DNA of 64,000 nt from the NCBI RefSeq assembly GCF_009914755.1, contig NC_060940.1; one strand, given 5' to 3'. Within the stretch, counting starts at the first letter, position 1. Each line of letters starts with the position of its first letter. The translations under genes were made by a program, and so were the position numbers. Positions 1-16,990 of the stretch are shown here, piece by piece. The notes under the pieces were generated by a model. It saw only the letters and a list, made by a program, of their open reading frames with translations. It was not told the origin of the DNA and made no database searches. Source of the stretch: the human T2T-CHM13v2.0 reference genome, Homo sapiens.

Positions 1-1102
1 ACCGTCATTATTTCGTATGCCTGTTTCATTGCAAGACCTTAGAATTGGACGTAGTTAAAGGAAAGTTTTTCCGTGAGACCCTCATGTCCACAGGTCAGTC
101 TCCCTTTACAATTAGCATTAAAACATGCCTGTTCTAATTCCTTGATCAGTTTTGTTTTGTGGTTGGCTTTGTCATTGCTCCTTAAGAGACTGCCAGTGTT
201 TCATATGAGAAAGATGATGGTGTTGAATGCAGTGAATAATGGAGCGATACCAGCAGTCATGACTGGGAGGCATTTTTGGACCACGATTTAATGAGTAGCA
301 TTCATTGCAAAGTGCAAAGAAAGGCCCATGGAAAGATGAGTACCCTCTAGTCTGCTTAATTCCTCACTATCTTTTTACTGCTCCCTTTTCCTTGGCTTGA
401 TTCGTTCAGTCATTGGAGAAGCATTTGCCAAGTTCAGACCGTGTTCAAGGCACAAAGACAGAAAAGCTCAGGTCCAACCTCAGTGAATCAGCCTTAAGTA
501 TTTGCTGAGCATTGAGTATGTACGCAGTACAGAGTTTGTGGTAACGTGGAAGATTGGAAAAAAAGAAACAAACACATAAAAATGAAAATGCAAGAAATAG
601 GATGTCCTATGTTCTACCAGGAAGAATAAGGAGTCTGAACAGGGATGCAAAACCGAGATATATGGAATAATTCAGGGTTTCTCATGCCACAGTGGGGGTC
701 CTGAATGGGAGCACCACAGGGCAGGGACCTGAGGAGGGGCAGGGCAGGTGTGTGTGTCCCTGAAGGAGCGGCAGAGGCTTCTGGGGGTAGGCAGTGCCTG
801 AGTTGAGTCTGGAAGGGCAGTAGGGTGAGAGTTGTTATCCCAAGCCTGAGGCTGCAGATTTGTTCGAGGCCATGTCTCCCTCAGCCTCAGCTTCCCCATC
901 TCTATGATTTAGTCATGACATTTTTTTCCTTCTCAACATGTGCCATCTCCCTCCTACCTATGAATGTCACGGGTATTGTTCTGGACCCAGGGAAGGCTCG
1001 CTGGTGCAAATGCTTTCCAAAAACACCGAGAGTCGCTCTCTCTGCTGCTGGTGGAGTCTGAGTTGGGCAGGACATGGGCCCGCCTCTGTCTGCTGCTCTA
1101 TG

Positions 1103-1280
1103 CCAGTGCTTCCCAAGCCTGAGTGTTACAAGAACCACCTGGAAGGTGTGTCAAGACACAGATTTCCAGCCCCACCCCTGAGTCTCTGGGCCTGGGATGC
1201 CACCCAAGAATTTATATTTCTTACAAATTTCAGGCGATGCTGAGGCTGCTGATCTGGGGACCTCACATTAAGAACCACAG
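1103..1280. mobile_element. MER5-type hAT-Charlie MITE
   Basis: cagtgcttcccaagcct...aaccacctgg...ccccaccc...ggcgatgctgaggctgctg...aagaaccac pattern typical of MER5A/B. Confidence 0.6.
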
Positions 1281-1454
1281 TCCTGGGCTTGTGCCTCCTA
1301 AGCCTGGCTACACATTCGAGTCACTAAGAATGTCCCTGGGAGACGGTTAGAAATGCAGCGTGTCAGGCCTGCCTGACCTCCAGGGTCAGGATGTGTGTTT
1401 GGAGATGCTCAGGTGGCTGCAGTGCAGGAGATCCTGCTTTGGTGCACTCACTTT

Positions 1455-1960
<506 letters not shown>

Positions 1961-2168
1961 CTGGAGCGTCTGTAGCTGGACATCACTTGGGAGCTTTGAT
2001 GACTGACCCATGCCGGGGTCCATCCAAGACCACTGACACTGGAAACTTTAAGGCGGGGGTCTCAGCCTGAGTATCTGGTCACAGCAAGCAGGGCCTAGAG
2101 TTGCAGCTGTAGATAAGAGTTTTTCACACTCTGGGTCAAGTGGTTCATGAAATTAATATAGTACATTA

Positions 2169-3152
<984 letters not shown>

Positions 3153-3229
3153 ATGATAACCTAGAACTGCAAAGCCAGGGAATTCCTTTGAAAGAAAAAC
3201 ACTTTTTCTTTCTAAAACATCTATTTTGT

Positions 3230-3530
3230 TCCAAGTATTGTGCTGGGCATTTTATCATAGACGTTATATCTTACGTTCCTTAAGATAATGCCTTGAGATA
3301 AGGCATTCCGCTCCCATTTAAAAGACAGGAAAGGTGAGGCTCACGGGGTCACACTCGCTGAGATCACAGCGCTGCAAACTTGTTTCTGGCCGCAGAATTG
3401 TTTCCGGCGCTCCGAGATGCCTTTCTTGATGGAGCCAGCATTCCAGGGGCCCACTTGCTTTACAGATGAGGAAACTGAGGCCCACCAAGGGAGGGGCCCT
3501 GCCCCAGGTCTCACAGTGAAGCAGGGGCAG
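3230..3530. mobile_element. MIR fragments
   Basis: MIR core tttacagatgaggaaactgaggc and a second degenerate copy. Confidence 0.6.
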
Positions 3531-3589
3531 AGAGGTTTCACTCCCAGCAATTTGTAAGCTTGGGGGACTGCCAGCGTGGTGTGGACACA

Positions 3590-4760
3590 GAGCTGCGTGA
3601 CCCCTCCCAGGATAAAAGCAGGTCCCTGCAGATACGAGGAGCCGCGTGTCCCCTCCCAGGATAAAGGCAGGTCCCTGCACACAGGAGCTACACGTCCCCT
3701 CCCAGGATAAACACAGGCCCCTGTATACAGGAGGAGCTGTGCGTCCCCTCCAAGGATAAAGGCAGGTCCCTGTACACAGGAGGAGCTGTGCGTCCCCTCC
3801 AAGGATAAAGGCAGGTCCCTGTACACAGGAGGAGCTGTGCGTCCCCTCCAAGGATAAAGGCAGGTCCCTGTACACAGGAGGAGCTGTGCGTCCCCTCCAA
3901 GGATAAAGGCAGGTCCCTGTACACAGGAGGAGCTGTGCGTCCCCTCCAAGGATAAAGGCAGGTCCCTGTACACAGGAGGAGCTGTGCGTCCCCTCCAAGG
4001 ATAAAGGCAGGTCCCTGTACACAGGAGGAGCTGTGCGTCCCCTCCAAGGATAAAGGCAGGTCCCTGTACACAGGAGGAGCTGTGCGTCCCCTCCAAGGAT
4101 AAAGGCAGGTCCCTGTTCACAGGAGGAGCTGTGCGTCCCCTCCCAGGATAAGTGCTGGTCCCTGCACACACAAGGGTCCGCGCGTCCCCCGCAGGATAAA
4201 CGCAGGTCCATGCACACAGGAGGAGCTGCGTGTCCTTTCCCAGGATAAAGGCAGGTCTCTGTACACATGTGGAGCTGTCTGTTCCCTCCCAGGATAAACG
4301 CTGGTCCCTGCACACAAGGGGGTCTGCGCCTCCCCGTCCCAGGATAAAGGCAGGTCCCTGCACACGTGAGGAGCCGCGCGTCCCCTCCCGGGATAAACGC
4401 TGGTCCCTGCACACACGAGGAGCCGCGCGTCCCCTCCCGGGATAAACGCTGGTCCCTGCACACACGAGGAGCCGCGTGTCCTCTCCCAGGATAAACGCTG
4501 GTCCCTGCACACGTGAGGAGCTGTGCGTCCCTTCCCGGGATAAACGCTGGTCCCTGCACACACGAGGAGCCGCGCGTCCCCTCCCGGGATAAACGCTGGT
4601 CCCTGCACACACGAGGAGCCGCGCGTCCCCTCCCGGGATAAACGCTGGTCCCTGCACACACGAGGAGCCGCGCGTCCCCTCCCGGGATAAACGCTGGTCC
4701 CTGCACACGTGAGGAGCTGTGCGTCCCTTCCCAGAATAAAGGAAGGTCCCTGCACACATG
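3590..4760. repeat. 49-bp minisatellite (VNTR), about 24 copies
   Basis: Unit ggataaaggcaggtccctgtacacaggaggagctgtgcgtcccctccaa. ggataaa recurs at 3754, 3803, 3852, 3901 and so on (period 49). Confidence 0.98.
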
Positions 4761-5727
4761 AGGGTTGGTGGCTCTCCTGAGGGTTCACAGGTTCCCGGGG
4801 ACCCATCCACAGATCCCCAGATAAGAACCTGTCCATCCTCCCCGGGGCCTAAGCGTGCCCAGATTGATCTCAGTTTGCCCAGTGAGTAGAAAAATAGGCC
4901 GGGATCAGCAGATTCCTATAGACCTGGTGGAGGCCTGGGCTGGAGTAGACCCAGGCAGAGTTGGTCTTTCACCTCGCCCCCTTCCGGAGGCCCCGTACCC
5001 TTGGGGTCAGCATCCAGGCAACATGGGATACCCAGAACCTTCTTTCTTGTCCTGAGCCCTTCTCTCCCAGCTCGGCATGGACTTGAGTGACAGCTGCTGT
5101 GTTTCTTTCCTGCCCAGTGAGTGGGGCCGGGCCCTGGAGCTTTCCCTGTTCATTTGTTTCGTCTCCTTGTGGGGAAAGCATGGCTCCCCCATTTTCCAGA
5201 TGGGAAGCAGGCTCAGAGATGCAACAGAAGTGGGAAGTGATGGAGCAGGGACTCCATAGCTCCAGTCACGAGTCTCAAACTCTGTGCGCATCTGGGTCGC
5301 CTGACCTGGCCTCCCTGACCCGGGCTGCCCAGAAGGGAGCCCAGGAATGCCGGGGAGGGTCACACAGCCAGGGCCATTCAATGCAGGTGGTGCTGGGACT
5401 ACGCCTTGAGAAGCTCCAGTCGCCTTCCCTCCTCTGCAATGAGGCATTGCTAGGGGGAGGCGAGTGGGGGAAGAGACCGGGTCTGTTGGGGTCAGCCCCG
5501 GGCACAGCACCCGACAGCAGAGGAGACCTCCGGAAATCATGGCTGGATGGGTCAATGAGTGGTCAATCAGGCGAGCTCTGAGCGACAGGAGGGGCCGGTG
5601 GTGTGGAGAGAGGGAAGAAGAGCCTGCAGGAGGGAGACGGTGCGTGCAGGGGCACCACGGCCAGAGCCTGCTTGGTGTTCAGAGAGCCCTGTGGCTGCCG
5701 CAGTTGGGAGAAGGGCACGGGGTCTGA

Positions 5728-6178
<451 letters not shown>

Positions 6179-6199
6179 AGGTTTTGTATTTTTGTAATT

Positions 6200-7120
<921 letters not shown>

Positions 7121-7376
7121 GTTCACGTGGTCACTCTGGTGCTGGCAGGGCAGGGAAATGGGGGGCCAGAGAGGAAGCTGGGGGTCATGGGAGGGATGCC
7201 ACCTCTAGGGAGGGGTGCCTGTGTCCAAGGAGTGGAGATAGTGGCTGGGTCTGGTGGGGGCTGTGGAGGTAGGGGGGCTGCATGGTAGGGCAGAGGCCAG
7301 GAGTCTGGGACTGGGTGGTCCTGTCTTTGAGGGAATTTGGAGAAGGAGCAGGTGCAGGTGCAGGGGCTGAGAGTCA

Positions 7377-7820
<444 letters not shown>

Positions 7821-8436
7821 TTGGAAATAAGGCAAAAAATATTATTTAAAGAAAACAGAAAGTGGGAGGGGAGAAATGCACAGGATGGAGCCTAGGGGAG
7901 CCCCAGGACTCGAGAAGTGGGCAGAGGAAGAGGAGGCAGGAGGAGGGAGGGAGGCCGGGCAGCAGCTGGGGGAGGAGGGCGTGGACAGGCCGGGAAAAGG
8001 AGCAAAGGCAGGATGAGGACACAACACTGGCCTGTGCCTGGCCTTGTGGCAAACACCTCATCCCTTAGGCCATTGGCCATCGTCCCTGCTGTCCTACAGC
8101 CCCGAGAGGCCAGGTACGTCCATGTGTCGTGCCCATTTTACAGACGGTGGAGCTCAGGCCTGGGAGACAGACTGACAGTGTTCGGCACTAACTCCACCCC
8201 AGCCTTTTTCCACCTGGCCACACTGTTTACTCGTTCCCGCCAGCAGCATGGGGGCTCTGGTGTTTCTGCGTCCTCATCCGCACCTGTCATCGCCTGTCTT
8301 TTTGGTTGCAGCCACTTCTGGGATGGATTTCCTGGAGGCTGGTGCTGAGTCTCTCTAGGTGCTTGTCGGCCCATTGGTACATCTTTGGAGCAATGCCTGT
8401 TCAGATCCTTGCCCATTTAAAAATTGGGTTATTTCA

Positions 8437-8960
<524 letters not shown>

Positions 8961-10049
8961 AGGATTATTTGTCTTCTTACTGTTGAGTTGTGACATTTTC
9001 ATAGGCTGTAGACACCACTGTGAGCCACCGGCTCCCCTGCACCCCAGCCCACCTGGCTGCAGGCTGCCTGCTCCGTTGGAGGTTGGACTTCTGAGATAAA
9101 CTGCGCTGGGTGTCTGTCTCTTGGCTCCAGAGTACCAGGCACAGTGCCATGCACACAGTAGGTGCTCAGTAAGCGGCGACAGGACAAAGCCAGGATCTCA
9201 GTCTGCGGCTTGGAGGGGTCTGGGGTCCGGCTGTCACTATCTGGCTCTGCTTACCAGCTCCGGTCCTCGGACACCACGACGGCTGCAGGCAGAGGGAGGA
9301 GCCACGGAGTCTGGGGGGATGTTGGGCCACACAAGTATCTACTGAGCGCCGACTGTGTGCTAGGCAACAAGCTGGCCCTGGGGACAGTGGTGAACAAAGA
9401 GCCCTAGGACTTCTTGGTTGGGGGAATAGGACCCGTCAGTCAGCCCTGCACAGCTTCCTGCGGGGCACGGATGGGGCGCAAGGAAGGGGCTGGAGATGCC
9501 TTCTAGGGAGTGAGGCTGGTGAGCGGGTTGGGGAGGAACCATGGGGCCTCCCAGACTTCAGGAGGCGCATCTGTGAGCACCAGGGAGAGAAGGAACAGGG
9601 CCACCCTGGGACCCAGTGCGCAAGGAGCCCAAGGGCCCTCACACGTCACCCTTGGGTGTGCCAGAGCCAGTCCAGTTGTTAAGAAAAACAAGAGCCGGAG
9701 GTAAACCCCTTGGGAAACAGAGGTCCCAGCCCACAGTACTGCGTGGGAGGGAGAAGTGTGGGAGTCACCTGGGCTCTGGGGTCCCTCAGGCCAGCAATGG
9801 GGACTGGGATCCCAGCGCAGGCTGAGCCTGGGTGGCTATGTCCACACTGCAGAGACCTATCGTGAGCAAGTTTATGGTGCATTCCTGTGTGGAAGAGTAC
9901 AGCAGAGGCCAGGGGGGTGGGGCTGCAGCAACAGTGACCAGGAGTCACCCATAGGGGCAGGGTCCTGGTGTCATGGGCCAGAGCGGGCCAGAGCGGGGAC
10001 GGGGGGCAAAGGGAAGGAGCATTTGAGCCTGGATGGGGGTGTGGTTAGC

Positions 10050-10200
10050 AGAGAGGTGGGAGGGGAGGGAGAGAGAGAGAGAAGGAGAGAGAGGGAGAGA
10101 AGGAGAGGAGAGAGGGAGAGAAGGAGAGAAGAGAGGGAGGGGGAGGGGAAGAAGGAGAAAAGGGAGAGGGGTGGGCTGTGAGGAGAGGGAGGGGAAGGGC
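10050..10200 (+). repeat. GA-rich polypurine tract
   Basis: gagagagagagaaggagagagagggagagaaggagagg... Confidence 0.9.
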
Positions 10201-10526
10201 TGCAGAGGGGGAACGTCAGTCCTGCCATGGGGGGGACGTGCGTTGTTCCTCGCCCCTCCCTTCCAGGTTTTGATGGTGCTGTTTCCTGCGTTTACACCAC
10301 AGCTCTTTTTGCGTCTTTCCTTGGATTCCACACAGCAGCCCTGTGAGGCGCTGTCCTCCTGCTGCCCGGAGGAGGAGACTGAGGCCAGAGATGCGGCAAA
10401 TTTCCCAAGGCCACACGGTTCTGCTGTTGGGGCGGCACTGGGCCTCCCTGCCCGCCTGCCTCAGTCTGGCCCTGTGAAGAGGTCTCTTGGAACTGTTAGG
10501 AGCATTCGAAAGAAACTGGGCCCCTG

Positions 10527-11271
<745 letters not shown>

Positions 11272-13794
11272 TCAGACAGTGGATGCAGCCAGCCAAGCCC
11301 CCGGAAGGCTCCGGTTGAAGGGCCGGGTTTATTCCTCCCTGCAATGAGGGTGGACACTCCCCCAGGAACCACGGGGCAAGAGGGTGTTGGGAAGAGCCCC
11401 ACTAGGGTTTGGGGTTTGGGTGGGTGGTGGGGAGGGGACGGTCTAGGGACGTAGGGCTCACTAGACCAAGTGCTGTTGGAAAGGGGGCGATTCTCCTGTG
11501 GGTGCGTTGGTCACTGTCGCCTGTAGACATGGGAGACCTGCACTAAAATAATGCGGAGATGGGTCAAGAAGCAGCCGCCCCTCGCCTTAGTTGAGAGGGG
11601 GGATGGTTGGTGATCGTGGGTGGCACAGTGACCTGTTTCTGTCTCACTCTACTGTGATCTCAGAGTGACCTTGTCTGGGGTCACTGGGGTGTTCTGGGAG
11701 ATGGTTTATATCCAACAGAAGAACGACGCAGCCTGGCAGGAGCTCCAGGTGTCAAGGGGTGCCCCTTTGGGGTGGAGGGGATGCCTCAGAGCCAGCCGCA
11801 TGCCACCCCACAAGCTACTTCTCTGCCGCCGTCTGCCCCAGAGCTGCCTGCCTTCCGAGGCCTCAGCTGGTCCTGTGCGTCCCTGCGTCTCCAGGACTCT
11901 TGGGTGATGGCTCAGGGGAAGTTTCCAGAAAGCCCAGCCATTTCCTTCTCTCCTCCTGGGCTTGGGTCTGAGGTCAGCTTCCCAGGGGGCACCCAAGCCT
12001 CCGTGAGCAAGGACAGAGAGTGGCTGGAGTGAGAACGGGTGCTGCTGACCTTTGGCGGTGGGAGGGTGTCTCCAGCTGTGTTCCCATTTCTCAGTGACTA
12101 CCAGGTGCTGTGGCCCTTGGCTGCAGAGGGGCGTGCAGGCAGCCTCTCCTTCCTGTGAAGCAGCAGCTGTGGCAGGGCCGGGAAGTAGAGCTCCCCTCTG
12201 TGAGGCTGTGGCTGGGGTAGGAGGAGAGCTCTCTCTTCTGCGAGGCTGTGGCTGGGATGGAGGTCTGCCAGAGGCGGGCTCAGAAGAAGTTCCATGAGGA
12301 ACTGAGGGCTGGGACCTGCAGGAGGAGCTGAGGGTGCATGGGGTCTGGGGGAGCCCCAGAGATGGTCAGGGTCTCCTCCTGATAAATCAGACCCCCCCCG
12401 CCCCACCCTGCCGCTGAGAGGCCTGGTCCTGCTCTAAACCTGGAGTGGATGGGGAGCGTGGGCTGGGGCTGGGGGGCTGGGGAGGTGGTGTAGCCAGTGC
12501 CCTGCCCCAACTCAGCCTCTGGTCACCCTTCCAGGGCTGGCAAGGCATTGGGGGTATGAGAGGGCCCTGGGGTCCCAGGGTCTCAGAGGACTTACCTTCT
12601 CTGCGATGGCCGCTACTACCTGGGTCCCACAGGGGGGTAAGTTCAGAGGGGGACCTGGTGGAGGTCGGCTGTGGGCAGGGGAGCCACAGGAGTGTCCAGG
12701 CCCCTCCCAGGCCAGCCCCACAGATTCTGAGGCAGCAGTGGGGGCCTCAATGGAGGAGTCCACTCTGCCCACCCCGGATACTGCCCAGCCAGCCTGGGTT
12801 CCAGCGTGGGCCAAGCTCTCGTCCTGGTCTCCTGGGAGCTGTGTGGTCCTGCAAGGACCTCAGCACCTTCCTTGCTTTGAGCATCCCTCCCCCAAGGCCT
12901 GGCTGACACTCGGAGCCAGTATCCATAGAGGGCTGCAGGGGCAGGCGAGGGTGGACACTGATGTCCTTGGCTCATTCCTCCCTGGCTGGCTGCTCTGATG
13001 TCCAGCAGGGTGGGCGTGAGGCTCATGGGGGGCTCCCCAGCCAGGGCAGGACCTGGGGTAACCCTATCCTGGGATGTTTGCTCCCGCTGTGTGGGGGACA
13101 TGCCGTTTCCATGAGTGACAGAGTCACCGATGTGGCCAGTACCACTGTGGGCTTGAGGCATCTTCTAGTTTAAGGAAATGTTAAATTTCAAGTAAAGCTT
13201 AGTGAAAATAAGGATGCAATTTCATTCCCCAACAAAACAACCTCTATTTCCTTCTGTGAACCCCTTGGGAGCTGCAGACCCCGAGTTCCGGACCCCCTCA
13301 CCTCACTCTCCTCCTTCGGAGCCAAAGTGGTGCCTGAAATCTGAGGCCCCATCTCTGAGTCCTGCACTGGTCCTGGCCCGAACACTCCCCCACAACGCAT
13401 GGGCCACAAGGACCCTCTGGGCAGATTTTGGGGTGTCTTTGGAGGTTTAGGGGCAAAGCTTGAAAACTGTGGGGTCCTCCCTGGGGACCACATGCCCAGC
13501 TGTGGGGTCCCCCGAGGCCGCAGAGCAAGCTTTCTGGAAGATCCTCCTCCTTTGAGAGCCACCATGGAGCCCCCATAATGGGAATGGAGGGTGTTGCCAT
13601 TAAACATGGCCTTGGCGTTGCCCAGAAGTCTAGGTGTGTCCCTGTCAGCTGGGAGGGGACAGGGTAACTGTGCGGCCCTCCCCAGGGCTGAGGCTGGGGC
13701 AGCCTCCAGAGGCCAGGTTGTCGCTGTCACTCCCCAAATGGAGGGTCCCCCTCATTCCCTGATTGCAGAAAAAGGGCTCCAGTAAGTCTGGCTT

Positions 13795-14350
13795 TTAAAA
13801 AATACAGCTTTGCTGACATATGTTTCACACACCGTACAATTCACCCATTTAAACTGTACAGTCCAGTGGTTTCTAGAATATTCAGAGTTGTGTCACTCTC
13901 ACCATAATCAATTTTAGAACATTTTCATCGTCTCAAGAAGAAACCCTCTAGCTAGCTACCCCTTCCCCATTCCCACGGCTCCCCACCCCTGGTGACCGAG
14001 ACTCCATTTTCTGTCTTTGTGGGTTTGCTGCTCCTGACGTTTCGCATGCGTGGAGTCATACGCTGAGAGGCCTTTTGTGTGTCGCTTCTGTTGCCCAGCG
14101 TTGTTTTCAGGGTTCACCCGCGTGGGAGCTGCATGAGTCCACTCCTTCGTATCGCTGAGTAATATTCCACTGCGGGGCACCGCGTTTTGTGTGAATCTGC
14201 CACCACTCAGGATGGCTCACGGGTGGAAACAGCCTAAAGCTGGCAGAGGTTTGGGCTGTTTGCCAGCCCTGGGTCACTTTTGGGCTGTTTCCACCTGGGG
14301 GCTATCCTGAGTCGTGCTGCTGTGACCATTTGCGTCCTTTCGTTTCCTCC
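13795..14350 (-). mobile_element. Old L1M (L1MB-like) 3' fragment
   Basis: tacaattcacccatttaaactgtacagt...tattcagagttgtg...caccataatcaattttagaacattttcatc. Confidence 0.75.
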
Positions 14351-14431
14351 TGGGTGGAGATTGTGGGGTGGCCTGGCTGGGTCGCTCTGGGCCCAACTCT
14401 CTGAGAAGAGCTGTTGAACACATACCCCACA

Positions 14432-14787
<356 letters not shown>

Positions 14788-16509
14788 TGAGCCAGCACAC
14801 CTGGCCCATGGCTTCTTTTAAAAAGAGACTTCTGGAAGCTGAGAAGTCTTTTCCAGGGCTCCACCTGGCGACTGACCACTGGGCATGGTGAGGTCTGCGT
14901 TTGGAGGAAGTGGGGTGACAGTGACAGCTGTGACTATTGGAGCACACAGTCGGTGCTGGGCAGGTGGGTCATTCCTGAACCCTCAGTGTTTCCCTCCTCG
15001 GGGGTCCTGGCCAGTCACTCTCCTCCTCCACACCAGCCCCCAGCAGCTCGCAGGCTGCCTGGGCCCAGCCCCATCATCAGCCGCTGGGCACCCACCTGAG
15101 AGGTCTGAACCCTGCCCTTGGTGCTGCACGGTCACTTGCCATTTTCGCAGAGGGGCCCCCTGAGCAGGAGGAGCAGGGCCAGCATGCACACTGCAGCCAA
15201 GGTCCCAAGAAGGAAGTGGCGAGGAGGAGGAGGAGGACTGGCCCCACCTGTTGCCCTATGTCTCACAGCGCAGACTGGGGGAGACGTGAGGATCTAACAG
15301 GGGTTCCTGGGGGGCCTTCATCAAGCTGTAATGAATGTTGTGCCAAACCCCTGTCAACACCAGTGGGTACAGCACAGGGTTCAAGGGCTGAAGAAGTGAC
15401 CCAGGGCTAGCAAAGGAGACCCGGGGTTTACTGCGAGCCGTGGGGTGGGGAGGGAAGTGCAGGGACGGGAGAACCGCAGCGGCTTGTAGACAGCGCAAAG
15501 TTCCTATGGCATGTTCACCCCATACCCTCCCCTGATGACCTCCACCTGCCAACCTTCATTCAACCCAAAACTCAGGGCCTCAAGCCCCTGCACAGCGCAC
15601 GTTCCACGGGACAGGCCAGGGGCTCAGAAGTTCCTCATAGCCAAGGAGGCAATCTCCAGATTGGCCACTCCTGGATTCCTTAGCTCAGGTTGTTCTTGGA
15701 GTATGCATAAGTTACTGCTATCGGGGGTGTTTACCCTCCAACAGGTGTTTGGTGGGGGAGGAGCCTCCTTGGGGGTGCCAAGAGCAACAGCGGCCGGGGT
15801 CTCATGTCTGTGGGGCCACTCCCATTGCTTTGTGCTTAGTAACTGGGTCTTCAAGGCAGCCCTGTGGGGTGGGAATCATTTTTATCCTGTGATATTTCAT
15901 TGTGCACACGTGCAGACTGAGGTTGCTTAACTACCCCAGGCCGCACAGTTATCACCATGGAGCTGGGATTTGTACCCTGGTGGCTTAGCACAGAGCCTGA
16001 GCACACAACTCCCACCCGCCTGCCTCTCTCCGACCGCGAGTCCTCCAGGAGGACTGGGGCTCTCCTCCCAGCACCACCACGGCCATTGAGCCCAGTGCCC
16101 AGGAGACCGAGGCCTGTGAGGTTTCACCTGGGGCCCGGAGACAGGCTCCAAGTGGTGTGGGGGCCCCTGTGCCCAGGTTTTCCCCGAGGTGCCGGCTCAT
16201 AGCTACACATGCCCATGGGCCTGCCTGAGCCCGGTGCTCCAAGCCACACCCCGAGTGGGCGGCCTCCCTGCCACGCAGTCCTCGGCCTGAGGCCGCCACA
16301 CTCAGAGCCACTCAGCCTATGGGGTGGTGCATGTCCAGAACCCTGACCCTTGGGAAGGTTGGGATGGTTGGAGATGCAGATGTTCCAAGGGGAAGTGGCG
16401 GGAGCGGGTGCTGGCTGGGACCAAGGGATTCTCAAGAGAAGACGTGAGCTTCACTCAGGCACAGCTCTTCAGCAGCAAGAGTGTTGGTCCTAAAAGATCA
16501 TGTAAATAG

Positions 16510-16642
16510 AGGAGGGCATGGTGGCTCATGCCTGTAATCCCAGCACTTTGGGGAGGGCAAGGTGGAAGGATCTCTTGAGGCCAGGAGTTCAAGACCAGCC
16601 TGGACAACATAGTGAAGCCCCATCTCTATTTATTAAAAAAAA
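16510..16642 (+). mobile_element. Alu monomer (FLAM-like)
   Basis: Left arm only, ending in an A-tail. Confidence 0.85.
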
Positions 16643-16664
16643 GTTTTTTAAAAGATAATTTTAA

Positions 16665-16990
16665 AAGGTGGTTGATTCTGAAATAAGAATCACCTGGGAA
16701 GCTCTTAAAAGCCTCAAGCCCGGGCCTGCCCCAGCCCCGCTGAATCAGTGTCTCTGGGCCCGGGGGCGAGGCCAGTCATTAGTTGCCAAAGTTCTCCAGG
16801 TGATTCCAACTCAAGCCTCTTTGCCCTAGAGCCGTGGCTCAGCTTGAGGAGCATTAGGGCCCCTGGAGGTTGTTAAACCCACGTTGTGGGGCCCCAGCCC
16901 CCAGTTCCTGATGCAGCTGTTGGGGTGAGCTGAAAATCTGCTGCAGAGCCTGCATTTCAGGGTTCCCAGGTGGCGCCACCAGCTTGAGGG
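16665..16990. mobile_element. MER5-type MITE fragments
   Basis: agaatcacctgggaagctcttaaaa...tgaatcag...ctccaggtgattccaac. Confidence 0.6.

Noticed and set aside
3590-4760. CRISPR-like regular repeat
   Set aside because: Head-to-tail units with no unique spacers, in human DNA: a minisatellite.
15108-15128. Second RE1-like site (minus strand TGCAGCACCAAGGGCAGGGTT), and a similar one at about 9573
   Set aside because: Mismatches at core positions; much weaker than the site at 51357.
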